Assembly: GCF_006345805.1 (NCBI RefSeq)
Contig: NC_043001.1
Span: 122,140,001 to 122,204,000 of the forward strand
DNA: 64,000 nucleotides
DNA from: Octopus sinensis
Lineage: Eukaryota
Direction: 5' to 3'
In this document: positions 23,993-35,274 of the stretch, in pieces
Numbering within the stretch: the stretch's first letter is position 1
How the letters are laid out: every line of letters starts with the position of its first letter
Made by a program: the position numbers and the translations under genes
Notes under the pieces: generated by a model
Told to the model about the DNA's origin: nothing
Seen by the model: the letters and a program-made list of their open reading frames with translations, nothing else
Databases searched by the model: none

Positions 23993-24355
23993 TGGATATT
24001 AACAGTTATCGCCAAGCTAATTTGGCAGTCCATAAATATAGGACTAAAGCTGCCGTTGATTAGCTTCAAGAGGCCATCGCCTCTAGCTAGCTATATGACA
24101 CACGGACCTGTGTCCATTATAATCTTCGAACAGGGAAGGTCAACATTGATAAAGGGCAAATACCCTGAAACATGTCTACAGATGCCTGACCAGCAAGGGG
24201 AAGCGGCTGACCCCCCCTGTTCGAAGGTTATAATGCACACAGGTCCGTGTGTCATACAGCTAGTTAGAGGCGATGGCCTCTTGGAGCTAATCAACGGCCG
24301 CTTTAGTCCTGTATTTATGGACTGCCATATTAGCTTGGCAATAACAGTTAATCCA
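23993..24355. mobile_element. Palindromic MITE: ~148-bp arms, ~66-bp spacer
   Basis: Arms 23993-24141 and 24208-24355 are reverse complements; the ORF track shows mirrored peptides on both strands. Confidence 0.85.
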
Positions 24356-24397
24356 CACACACACACACACATATACATACTATATTATGTGTGTGCA

Positions 24398-24428
<31 letters not shown>

Positions 24429-24730
24429 TTATATATAAGCATTAAGCATCGATGCCTAAGAATCTAGTTCAGGGAGTAAGCAGAAGGATCTCGGATTTGT
24501 TCTCTAGTATAGAAATCCTCGATTTATAATAACATTTATAGTAACAACATCCTCGTGCTAAGTGGTTTGAAAGAAAAGATCACTTATACATCCAACCCGA
24601 ATCCACCAAAATGACATCGTCGTTGCGATGTGATCGACTTTACACCCCAACCCTTTTTGCTATAATTTGTTTTTTTTAGAAACAGTTATAGAAAACTTTA
24701 CGATAGAGATGCGATTAAGGTCTCCTGAAG

Positions 24731-24803
<73 letters not shown>

Positions 24804-24834
24804 ACACACACACACACATTAAAAGTGTTGTGCA

Positions 24835-25310
24835 AACATACACCCAGGCATTGCGGCCAGATGTTCTTGTAGAGATACCACCATTTGCCCACTCAATGGC
24901 CACTGCAAAGTACACTGCAGCATAAAGACCATCGTGCATTAAGCTAAATTCAATTCGGGATAGGGGAGAGAACGATGAATCTAGAATATAAAGTTTTATA
25001 AGATTGACAAAGAGCCTTTTCAAGAAACACCTACATAACCACATCGCATTCAGTTTTGGAAATTTAAGAATCAGAATATCAGAAGGCTTGCAAAACACAG
25101 GCGATGGTTGAAGGAGTAAGTTGTAGACTAGGACATCAAATGGAGTCTGTTGGAGAAAAGCAAGTCTAAATACAACGGCATGGTGTGTGTATGTGTTTAA
25201 AAGAGAAGAGACAGACTTTTCAGCTGTCTCTCGCCCAGTGAGTTTACACCTGATCCAAGCTACGTCGGGGAACCAACACAAGTGCTGTCCCTCATTGCTT
25301 TTTACGGTCG
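24835..25310 (+). mobile_element. Penelope-like element GIY-YIG endonuclease remnant
   Basis: CSCRDTTICPLNGHC..KTIVH*AK...LAKHRRWLKE...DIKWSLLEKSKSKYNG; multiple stops. Confidence 0.7.
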
Positions 25311-25346
25311 ATCTCCATTCATCCTTTCACACATTTAATATATCAG

Positions 25347-25730
25347 TGTGGAGGCGCAATGGCCCAGTGGTTAGGGCGGCGGACTCACGGTCATAGGATC
25401 GCGGTTTCGATTCCCAGACCAGGCGTTGTGAGTGTTTATTGAGCGAAAACACCTAAAAGCTCCACGAGGCTCCGGCAGGGGATGGTGGTGATCCCTGCTG
25501 TACTCTTTCACCACAACTTTCTCTCACTCTTACTTCCTGTTTCTGTTGTACCTGTATTTCAAAGGGCCGGCCTTGTCACTCTCTGTGTCACGCTGAATAT
25601 CCCCGAGAACTACGTTAAGGGTGCACGTGTCTGTGGAGTGCTCAGCCACTTACACGTTGATTTCACGAGCTGGCTGTTCCGTTGATTCGGATCAACCGGA
25701 ACCCTCATCGTCGTAACCGACGGAGTGCTT
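25347..25730 (+). mobile_element. tRNA-headed SINE 'family E', full length
   Basis: TGGCCCAGTGG (A box), GGTTTCGATTCC (B box), 3' GTCGTAACCGACGGAGTGC; fragments at 38780-39000, 42545-42760, 49715-49925. Confidence 0.8.
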
Positions 25731-25815
25731 CCATATATCAGTTCTATATTATGTTATCTTTTTTCTTCCTACACTTCTCTCTCTCTCACTCACTCACTCC
25801 CTGTGCGTGCGTGTG

Positions 25816-25861
<46 letters not shown>

Positions 25862-26673
25862 TGTTTGTCTGTCTGTCAATCTCCTTCTTTCCCTCGCTGT
25901 CATCTCACAATCTTAAGCTAACTTCTCAAACCATTTAGAGCAAGGTAAATAACTCCTCTACTCTGGATACAGAGTTACTGTTCCTGCACTATTCTTAACG
26001 GCAGCAATAATTTTGTAATATTTCGGGACGGTCATTTTTTTCTTGCCAAATAAACACACGCACTATATATTCGTTCTTCACTTATTTATTATTGTTCTTA
26101 TTTTATGTCCATTGTCTGGAAATCTTTCATCATACATTCTGTGATCTCTTCAGCGACTCTGCATCCTACGTGTCCTCTCCCCTGTAAGAACACTAATAAG
26201 GTCTCTACTGTTTGGCTGCACCTGTGGAAAATTTTGAGGTTTAGTGAAAATGATCAAAATTTGGTGCATTTATGCAATTTTCCACGCTGAATCTCAGGGG
26301 TTAATTCTCAAGAAAATATTTTTAAAAATGCTACAGAGGTTTAAAGTTTGATAATTTTTTCACAGTTAGAAAACAAGATTTGGAAGCTGTCATCTTGTGC
26401 GTGACAGCACAGGTTGTCAACTGTAAGTAGATGAAATATTGAGGGAATTCTATTTTATGTACTTTTTTACTCTTTTACTTGTTTCAGTCATGTGACTGTG
26501 GCCATGCTGGAGCACCGCCTTTAGTCGAGCAAATCGACCCCAGGACTTATTCTTTGTAAGCCTAGTACTTATTTTATCGGTCTCTTTCGCCGAACCGCTA
26601 AGTTATGGGGGCGTAAACACACCAGCGTCGGTTGTCAAGTGATGTTGGGGGGACAAACACAGATACACACACA

Positions 26674-26721
<48 letters not shown>

Positions 26722-27474
26722 CGACGGGCTTCTTTCAGTTTCCGTCTGCCAAATCCACTCACAAGGCTTTGGTCGTCCCGAGGTTATAGTAGAAGGCAGT
26801 TGCCCAAGGTGCCACGCCAAATAACTCCTCGTAACTTTTTTAGTTTTTGGAATTTTCAGAAAAGTTTTGCGAAATTGTATTCTACACACGGGAAATAAAT
26901 AACACGATCATACTAAAAAAAAAAGAAAAAAAATGGCGCGTGATTTAAGGCCTATTTAGCTATTATTTTTAGCACATCTTATGAACACTTCATGAGTTTT
27001 AAGTATTTAATAAGCTAAAAATGACCACGTGGGTAAGCTGGTGGGTAATAGCTTGGCTTGTTACTATGGAAACAAGCACCCATGTGTATGTAGCTTTCGA
27101 CTGGCTAAAATTACCCAAAATTTGCAAACTTTAAAAGCTATTAACTCTTTATTTATTGATTTCTGGCAAAAATGAATTTCCTGTCAATGATTACCATACA
27201 AAACCACACCAATACACCGAATATGAAATCAATTGAAACAAAATTAAAGAAATTGAAAAGTGGCCGTCAAAGAGAAAAAAGATTCTAATAATAAATAAGC
27301 GAAGAACGAATATAAAGCAAGTGTGTGTATTTGGCAAGAAAAATGACCATCTCGAAATATAACAATATCTGTTTCAACACACGATTTTATATCAGGAATC
27401 TTGCAAAAGAAATTCGTAAACGTAACAACATTTTTCTTTATATCAAAATATATTTTCCTTTCCCCGAAAAGCTA

Positions 27475-27541
<67 letters not shown>

Positions 27542-27554
27542 TATACACATATAT

Positions 27555-28506
27555 AATTTTTACCCTAAATTTAATTTTATATAAATATTTGTTCTCTAAC
27601 CGATAAATTAACTGCTGCTAACTATTAGCTGCAGGCTAGTTTTCTCGGGTCCCATCGCGCCAAAAGTAGAGACATTTGAAATATATATTTCAAATGTAAT
27701 AGACCGTACTCCATGCACGCGATATTTCGGTATCGTGTTGGCATTTAGTATAGCAAATTGCATTTTATATGGGACCATGCTGATGATGGTTGCACTTTTC
27801 CTTGCGGAAAATAACAACCGAAACTAAATTTAGTACATGGGTAAATATTTATTTCGTATATTTTTCACTTGTTTATTGCTTTGGTTTTGTGTTGAGTTTG
27901 ATCTGAGAACATAGACTTTTTGTGGAGAATGGCGATTTGACGTCTATATCTAGCATGTTGACTGTCCACTTTTCGTGTTCAGTCCTTAATTGGTATATAT
28001 AAATATTTTAATCTTCGGATTCTTTCTTTAATATGCTAGACCACTGGTTCTAATTGATAAATATCAATTTTTACCCTAAATTTAATTTTATATAAATATT
28101 TGTTCTCTAACCGATAAATTAACTGCTGCTAACTATTAGCTGCAGGCTAGTTTTCTCGGGTCCCATCGCGCCAAAAGTAGAGACATTTGAAATATATATT
28201 TCAAATGTAATAGGCCGTACTCCATGCACGCGATATTCGGTATCGTGTTGGCATTTAGTATAGCAAATTGCATTTTATATGGGACCATGCTGATGATGGT
28301 TGCACTTTTCCTTGCGGAAAATAACAACCGAAACTAAATTTAGTACATGGGTAAATATTTATTTCGTATATTTTTCACTTGTTTATTGCTTTGGTTTTGT
28401 GTTGAGTTTGATCTGAGAACATAGACTTTTTGTGGAGAATGGCGATTTGACGTCTATATCTAGCATGTTGACTGTCCACTTTTCGTGTTCAGTCCTTAAT
28501 TGGTAT
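27555..28506. repeat. Near-identical tandem dimer (~511-bp period) of an unclassified repeat next to (TA)n
   Basis: 27561 aligns with 28072; a reverse-complement copy of the unit end is at 63938-64000. Confidence 0.85.
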
Positions 28507-28529
28507 ACACACACACACACACACTTATA

Positions 28530-28565
<36 letters not shown>

Positions 28566-29302
28566 TGTATGTATGTATGTATGTAGTATGTATGTATGGT
28601 TTATGTCTATCACTCTTTGAGTTGCATAATAGTGGTTTTATCTCCAATTTATATATATATATTCTATATACAACAGCTGAAATCCTATCTACAGGGTTTG
28701 ACATCAGTTTATCACCTGTCACATGAGAGATTCTCTCCTGAAGGTCAGTAGTAATACAAGACTATGTCCTCAGTTTTCTTCAGATTACAGTGAAGAGACC
28801 TTTGAACAAATCTACAACTAAGTATGTTGAATCTGAAACGAGAAAGCAAGTAACAATATTATCATATTTCAGGCAATACTGGAGATACTTCAATGCCCAC
28901 AAAGTGCCGGTGATTTTTTGCCAATTACAAAATATTTCTGTTAGAAATTCATTTTCTTTATATCTAATTCGTAGCCTTGAATTTTCATTATGCTTTGAAC
29001 AGGGAAAAGAATTTGCACAATTGAAATGCTAGTCATAAAGAATGCAACCAGAAGCAGTGGACGAAATTGATAGAAAATAACGCTTCTGATGGGAAAAACT
29101 AAAATTCCTTAGAGTAATAGAAGCTAGAGGGGTTTTGTTCGTTAACTGTGCCTCTATTGACTGAAACAATAAAGTCAAGATTATGACAATACAAATGAGT
29201 TTACTTGAAGTCTCTGGTGTACTTGCCAATTTGGTTCACGACAGTATCGTAGCTAGAAGTCGAATGAGTGTGAGGGGAAACCTGGCCCGGGCGCCGCTTT
29301 TT

Positions 29303-29480
29303 TGTGGAGGCTTATGAGGTTGGTACTTGTGGAGGCTTATGAGGTTGGTACTTGTGGAGGCTTATGAGGTTGGTACTTGTGGAGGCTTATGAGGTTGGTA
29401 CTTGTAAAGGCTTGTGGAGGCTTATGAGGTTGGTACTTGTGGAGGCTTATGAGGTTGGTACTTGTAAAGGCTTGTGGAGG
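29303..29480. repeat. 25-bp minisatellite (TGTGGAGGCTTATGAGGTTGGTACT)~6, probably inside a decayed hAT 3' end (to ~29517)
   Basis: Direct reading; downstream TAGTAACTCCACTG resembles a hAT TIR (inference). Confidence 0.8.
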
Positions 29481-29859
29481 CACGAGGTGGGTGGCACACA
29501 CTCTAGTAACTCCACTGATGTACGGTGTGTTTAGACAACCGATTGACAAGAACCATTTGGATTTATCAGTTTGGGTTGAGAAATATTTAACATCGTTAGT
29601 ACTTGCCATTGAGCATGCCGGAAAAGGCTCAATAATAGATTTCTATTAAACGCAGCAAGATAGTTTCACGGGGGGTACTTAATATTGACTTAATTATATT
29701 AATTTCACAAATTAATTTTGTAGCCCATTTGAACTTGTAATTTCATATTCGAACACTTGTCTGATATCAGATTGCGTTTAGAACATACAACAGCAGGATA
29801 ATAAGACAAAATTTGTCAAATATATATTTCATTTTTTTTCAAGACAATAAGACGGAATT

Positions 29860-30260
29860 TTTAAGGTGTTGCAGCCAAGAAAAACTTAGAATTGCGCAAA
29901 GTATTCTAGATTATGTACCCTGTGTACCGCTAAGCTTCTTTTCAAGTGTCCTGTTCAATATCCATACTGAAGAGCCATAGTGAAGTACTGATTCATCGAT
30001 TGCTTTGAAGAAACCCTGCTTCAGCCTGTCTAGGGTATTCCATGCTTCTGAAATCCCTATCTGGGCATCTTTTTCTTTTAAAGCAATGTCACTTCCTAGA
30101 TAGATGAAGTCATCAACCATCTACAGATTGACCTCATTCAGAGCACAGCTATCACATTGTTACGCTATAGTTCCTATATTCAGTTTTACCAGCATTGACA
30201 TACAGACCTATCTGTGCAGCTGCAGTTTCGGATGAAGAAATATTTGGTGTAACATAGGGT
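29860..30260 (-). mobile_element. RTE-clade LINE RT C-terminal remnant
   Basis: VDDFIYLGSDIA...ISEAWNTL...FFKAIDESVLHYGSSVWIL...LEKKLSG. Confidence 0.75.
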
Positions 30261-30269
30261 CTCTTCAGA

Positions 30270-30620
30270 ACTAGATTCAATAGCCACAAGTCCTCCTTTA
30301 AATACAAGAGATGCTAAATATCTCATCAATAGTGAGGTATATATGGACATTGAAGGAAAGCGTTAGGCATTACGACATCAAGTGGAGGCTACTTAAAAAG
30401 TGTAATCTTTACTTAAATGGCAGTAGGAGTTGCAGGCTCTGTCTGGCTGAGAAAAAGATCATACTAAAGAGCTTTCTTCACTTGTGTACCTACATACATT
30501 ATAAAAGGGAGGTTTCTTCTTCCTTCCTCCATAAGTGTAAATTTGCTCATGTTCATGATGTGGTCGAACACATCATAAATATAAGCATTAGAGCAAGCCT
30601 ATGGGTTTTCTCGTAACCGA
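30270..30620 (+). mobile_element. Penelope-like GIY-YIG C-terminal remnant
   Basis: RYIWTLKESVRHYDIKWRLLKKCNLYLNGSRSCRLCLAEKKIIL. Confidence 0.75.
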
Positions 30621-30794
30621 AATCTCAGGATTAATTTAAGTTAGGTATGACATTAGTTTGATGTCATACCCAACTATGACATATGCACACACACACATAT
30701 ACATGGATTTTGGTCCGGGCGATTTTGTTCAGGTTGCTTTTACAAGTGTCTTAAGTTTCGTGAACCGAACGAAATACCTTCAGCCCTCCACGTA

Positions 30795-33700
30795 CATAAA
30801 ACTTAGATAAAACTTAGATATGTTTCGACCAGAGATTGGTCCAGGCCATGTCTAACTTAATAGCACCACCTGATAGGATTATTCGAATCCTGTTTGTTCA
30901 AGTAGTGAGTTCTTGTTGGGTGAGTTGTATCCAATTATGGGTGGCTTGTCTGGTATTCTTTGAAGGAATCTATCCAGACTCTGTTTGAAGTTGATGGGAT
31001 CCTTTTCCTCTTTGATCTCCCTCGGGACAATGTTAAATAGGGCAGGGCCTGTTGAGGAAAAGAAATTATGTTGCAGTGTACATGTATGTTGTGATCTTGA
31101 ATTTGGCAGGGGACGTATAGCCCGTGGTCCAAGTCTCGGATGAACCTTGAAGCTAATGTTTAGGTCGTTTGGGCAAAGTTGGCGGTATATTTTCCACATC
31201 GTACAAATGATGTACCGCTCACGGCGACGCTGGAGGGAGTAAAGTTTCAAGGCTTTAAGGCGATCCCAATAGTCGAGAGCAGCCATGCCTTCAATTTGTT
31301 TAGTAAGAGCCCTCTGGGGTGACTCAATTCTGGAGATGTTTTGTCTTGTGTGAGGAGACCACAGTGGGCAGCAGTATTCAAGGTGTGGCCGTACAAAGGA
31401 TGAAAAAAGTGGTATGATGACACCTTGCTCTCTGGACCGGAAAGTTCTTAAGATCCAGGAACTCATCCTACGAGCTGTATCGACCTTCTTGTTGATGTGT
31501 GCACTCCAACTGAGATCGTCATCAACAATTACACCCAAGTCTCTGATATTGTTAGAGGCTGTGAGCAGTTCCCCTGAAGGAAGAGAGTATGGTTGTTTTA
31601 GTGAGGAATTTCTTCCAAAATGCATCAGCTCAAATTTTCCCTCATTCAGTTGCATTTTGTTTCTGTCTGCTCATTGACTCACAGCATATAGGTCAGACTG
31701 GAGTTGAGTTCGGTCTGCTTCTTCATTGACGATTTGCTGGAGCTTAGTGTCATCAGCGAATATTTTCACTTTGCAGTGATGTACGACACTGGAAAGGTCG
31801 TTTACATAAATTATGAAGAGTAGCGGACCCAAACAGTTCCCTGGGGAACACCGCTGGTGACTTTTGCTGGGTTTGAGTGGACTCCATCAACTACAACATG
31901 TTGTGTGTTCTATTCGCTAGGAAATACTGAATCCAGTGTAGAACTTTTCCACGGATTCCACATTTGCCAATTTTGAGAGTAGGATGTTATGGTCTACCCT
32001 GTCGAACGCTTTACTGAAGTCAAGGTATATGACGTCAGAGTTCGAACCTGTTCCCAAGGCTTTGAGTACATCTTCAATGTGGTGTAAGAGCTGTGTTAGA
32101 CAGTCCCTGCCACAGCGAAAGCCATGTTGATTTGAATTTAGGAGTTTGTGGGTCTCCAGGAAGTCAGCTATCCTTGATCTTAACACTCTTTCAACACTTT
32201 AATGATGTGGGAGGTGAGTGAGATTGGGCGATAGTTGACTGCGAGGGATCTGTTTCCCTGTTTGAAAACCGGGATGACCGACTGGGATAGAAACTTTTTC
32301 GGTATATAACCTGCGTCTAACGAGTTTCTCCCAGAGGTTGGTCAGAGGGAATGCAAGTTGATATCTACATTCCTTCAGGAGACTGGCGGGAAATCTATCA
32401 GGGCCTACAGCGGAGTAATGTTTGACCTCATTTATTGCTGCTACGATGTCGGTGGCAGTGAAGGTTATGTCTGCGATTTTGTGTTGGGAGTCAGCTTCGT
32501 TCGTTTCCCTCACATCAATATCAGTGGGAACACTGAAGACAGAGCAATATGTTTCTGCAGTATTTCTGCCATTTCTTTAGCATCGTGTTGGGGAATGCCG
32601 TTTTCATCAATCAATGGCCCAATAGGTGAGACAGTGGTTCTATGCTTATTTGCATAAGAATAGAACACTTTTGGGTTCTGTTTGATGTTTTTGATTACCC
32701 ATTGTTCCTCCACAGCTCTTTGATTTTCAATGGAGGTTTTCATGTTAGTCTGCAGATGAAGTTTTTCCAGCTCTAGTCTTTTCATTGTTGTTGAATGTGG
32801 ATGTTGCGTGTGGGAATATTTTAATTGGTTGATTTTTTTTGTTGAGTCTTTTGATGCGCCTGATGAGTGTTTTTTTTTTTTTAGGGAGCCGGTTTCTGTT
32901 TGTGTTAGTAGATTTCTTGGGAGCGTGTTTAGAGCATGTGTCGGTGACAATGGTTTCAAAGTGCTGCCACGCGGTCTCAATATGAGGGGAATTGAGAGTA
33001 AAAGACCAGTCGATGGAAGACAGATCCTTTCTGATTGTTCCCCAGTCCGCTTTGTGGAAATTTATGTTGTCAAATGGGTGCCATGGAGTGGGATTGGCTG
33101 GTTTGGTTTTTATACGTCGGGAATTAAGATTGCAGAGTACCATGTCGTGGTCTGAGAGGAGAGTTTTTTCGACTGAAATGCTGTGAACGTAGCTAGAGTG
33201 ATTGGTCAGTACCAGATCCAAGATCGTTTTATTCTGTCTCGTTGGTTCAAGCACTAGCTGAGTCAGGAATACTCATCCATCAGATTAAAGAGCAGTTCTG
33301 CTGCTGCCCTATCTGATGTAGAGCACTTGCCTAACTTCGGTATTTGTGGGCCAGTTCACATGAGGGAGGTTAAAATCACCCATCACACTATTATGTTTCC
33401 GGAGTGGTACTTCCGAAGGAAGGACTTGACTTTGCTAAGGCACTCTTCAAAGTACTTTAGAGGTGCCTGGGGAGGCCTGTAAAGACCAACAATGGTTATG
33501 TCCTTGGCTTTGTTGTATACTGATACCGATTCACAGTAGCCATTGGAAAATGTGTCCTTGGCATCAAGTGAAAAGGAGTCATGGATAAAGATGGCTGTCC
33601 CTCCCTTATTTCGGTCTGTGCGATCCGCACGAACAATGGTGAAATCTTTTTTTTCACCTCTGCGTCCATATGGGTGTTGTTCAGGTGAGTCTCGGTAAGG

Positions 33701-34160
33701 ATAAAGAAAGGGAAGCAATGTGCCATTTCGGCAAGCCAACTCTCTATATATGGGATCTTCCATTTTTGGGCAATAATTGATGGGTTGATGCCACGTACAT
33801 TTAACAGGAATGTCGAGGTAAGGGAAGTTGGTAATGGGTGAGTGGTCCTTGTGATTTGCATAGATGGTTGGTGATGGCTCGCTGGATCTCCTGGCTTAGG
33901 TCGGCCTTCATATTTTCCAGGTATGTCAGTAAAAAAGCCTACGCATACCATTACTTTCGAGCTTTTCTGATGATTGCCGAGATTTTCCTCTGGATAGTAA
34001 CTGGCCGTTATGAAAATTTATTGTTGTGGTTGCTATTGTTGTTGTTGTTTTACTTCTCAGAAGGTTCGTTCTGCTTGTTTTGGTAGATTCTGTGCAAGCG
34101 GACAGCAGCTTGCTATCAGAGGTCTTACAGGGTTTCTTTCCGTAAATCATAAGCTTTGAT
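30795..34160 (-). mobile_element. CR1-clade LINE: ORF1 end, APE endonuclease and RT, disrupted
   Basis: LLNVRGIN..ILTETHL (APE); NQHGFR, YLDFSKAFDRVDH, GVPQG, KIFADDTKL (RT); RPHLEYCCPLWSP, LYSLQRRRERY; 3' tail (TATCTAAGTTT)2 at ~30798-30821; several frameshifts. Confidence 0.92.
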
Positions 34161-34190
34161 ACTTGGTTGTTTAATTATCGTGGGAGACAT

Positions 34191-34529
34191 TCAACATCCA
34201 AGTACCAATCTCAAAATCCAAACTGTCCCCAGCAGAGCAGTCTTTGGGGCTTGCTCTGCTCTCATGTCAATTCCGATTTCATTGACATATTTCTCCAACT
34301 TCGTTGCTTGTGCTCCGAGTACCCCAACAAATACTGGAATGACAGACACTCTCCCCATAGTCCGCATTCTTGCAATTTCGTGTTTTAGTAGTCTGTACTT
34401 TTCAATCTTTTCTAGTACTTTGTCACTTATGCGTGCATCTCCAGGTATTGCAATATCTATGAGCTTGGTTTACTTTTTTCCTTAATCCACCACGACAATA
34501 TTTGGTCTCCGATTAGCCTCGATTAGAAG

Positions 34530-34530
<1 letters not shown>
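34191..34530 (-). mobile_element. Dong/R4-type restriction-like endonuclease C-terminal fragment abutting (TAA)n
   Basis: Minus frame NLLIEANRRPNIVVVD*GKK*TKLIDIAIPGDARISDKVLEKIEKYRLLKHEIARM...VIPVFVGVLG...TALLGTVWILRLVLGC*; same domain as 59760-60188. Confidence 0.8.
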
Positions 34531-34588
<58 letters not shown>

Positions 34589-34967
34589 CATCATCATCAT
34601 CATCATGAAGGCGGCGAGCTGGCAGAATCTTTAGCACGCTGGACGAGATGCTTAGCGGTATTTCGTCCGTCGCCATGTCCTGAGTTCAAATTCTGCCGAG
34701 GTCGACTTTGCCTTTCACCTTTTCGGGGTCGATGAATTAAGTACCAGTGAAGTACTGGGATCGATGTAATCGACTCCCCCCCACCCCAAATTTCAGGCTC
34801 TTGTGCTTATTGTAGTCAAGATTATCATTATTATTAGGATGTCATGAAGACTGACGTAAATCTTCACGAAGGTAAGTGAGCGCGATAAGATGTGTAATAG
34901 AGATTGACTTTGATTTATTATTAAACAGAATTTCGACAGGGGTTGTTGTGTTGCAAGAAGCTCGCTT

Positions 34968-35271
34968 GTGGACGCACATGGCCTAGTGGCTAGAGCAGCG
35001 GACTCGCAGTCGAGGGATCGCGAGTTCGAATCTCAGACCGGACGATGTGTGTGTTAATGAGCGAAACACCTAAGCTCCACGAGGCTCCAGCAGAAGGTAA
35101 TGGCGAACTTCTGCTGATTCTTTCGCCACAACTTTCTCTCACTCTTTCCTCCTGCATCTTGCAGCTCACCTGCGTCGGACCGACGTCCCGTCCAGGTGGG
35201 GAATCTATACGCCAAGGAAACCGGGAAACAGGCCTTTATGAGCCAGGCGTGGATCGAGAAGGAACAAACAA
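34968..35271 (+). mobile_element. tRNA-headed SINE (family-E head, different tail ending GAAGGAACAAACAA)
   Basis: TGGCCTAGTGG and GAGTTCGAATCT boxes. Confidence 0.75.
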
Positions 35272-35274
35272 GAA

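Noticed and set aside
25347-25420. tRNA-like sequences here and at 34968, 3830-3890
   Set aside because: A/B boxes are present but they run into SINE bodies that recur in the window; no complete cloverleaf was evident.
27779-27815. CTGATGA...GAAA spacing suggestive of a hammerhead
   Set aside because: No stem II adjacent to the core and no stems I/III.
28784-28821. 38-nt + strand segment with good acceptor and donor
   Set aside because: No partner exons found; such site pairs are common by chance in AT-rich DNA.
29029-29229. 66-aa ORF with a signal-peptide-like hydrophobic stretch
   Set aside because: TTG start, no recognisable mature peptide or splice context; probably antisense to decayed transposon sequence.
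29303-29480. CRISPR-like appearance of the 25-bp (and 15-bp) arrays
   Set aside because: Contiguous tandem units with no unique spacers, no cas genes, eukaryotic context.
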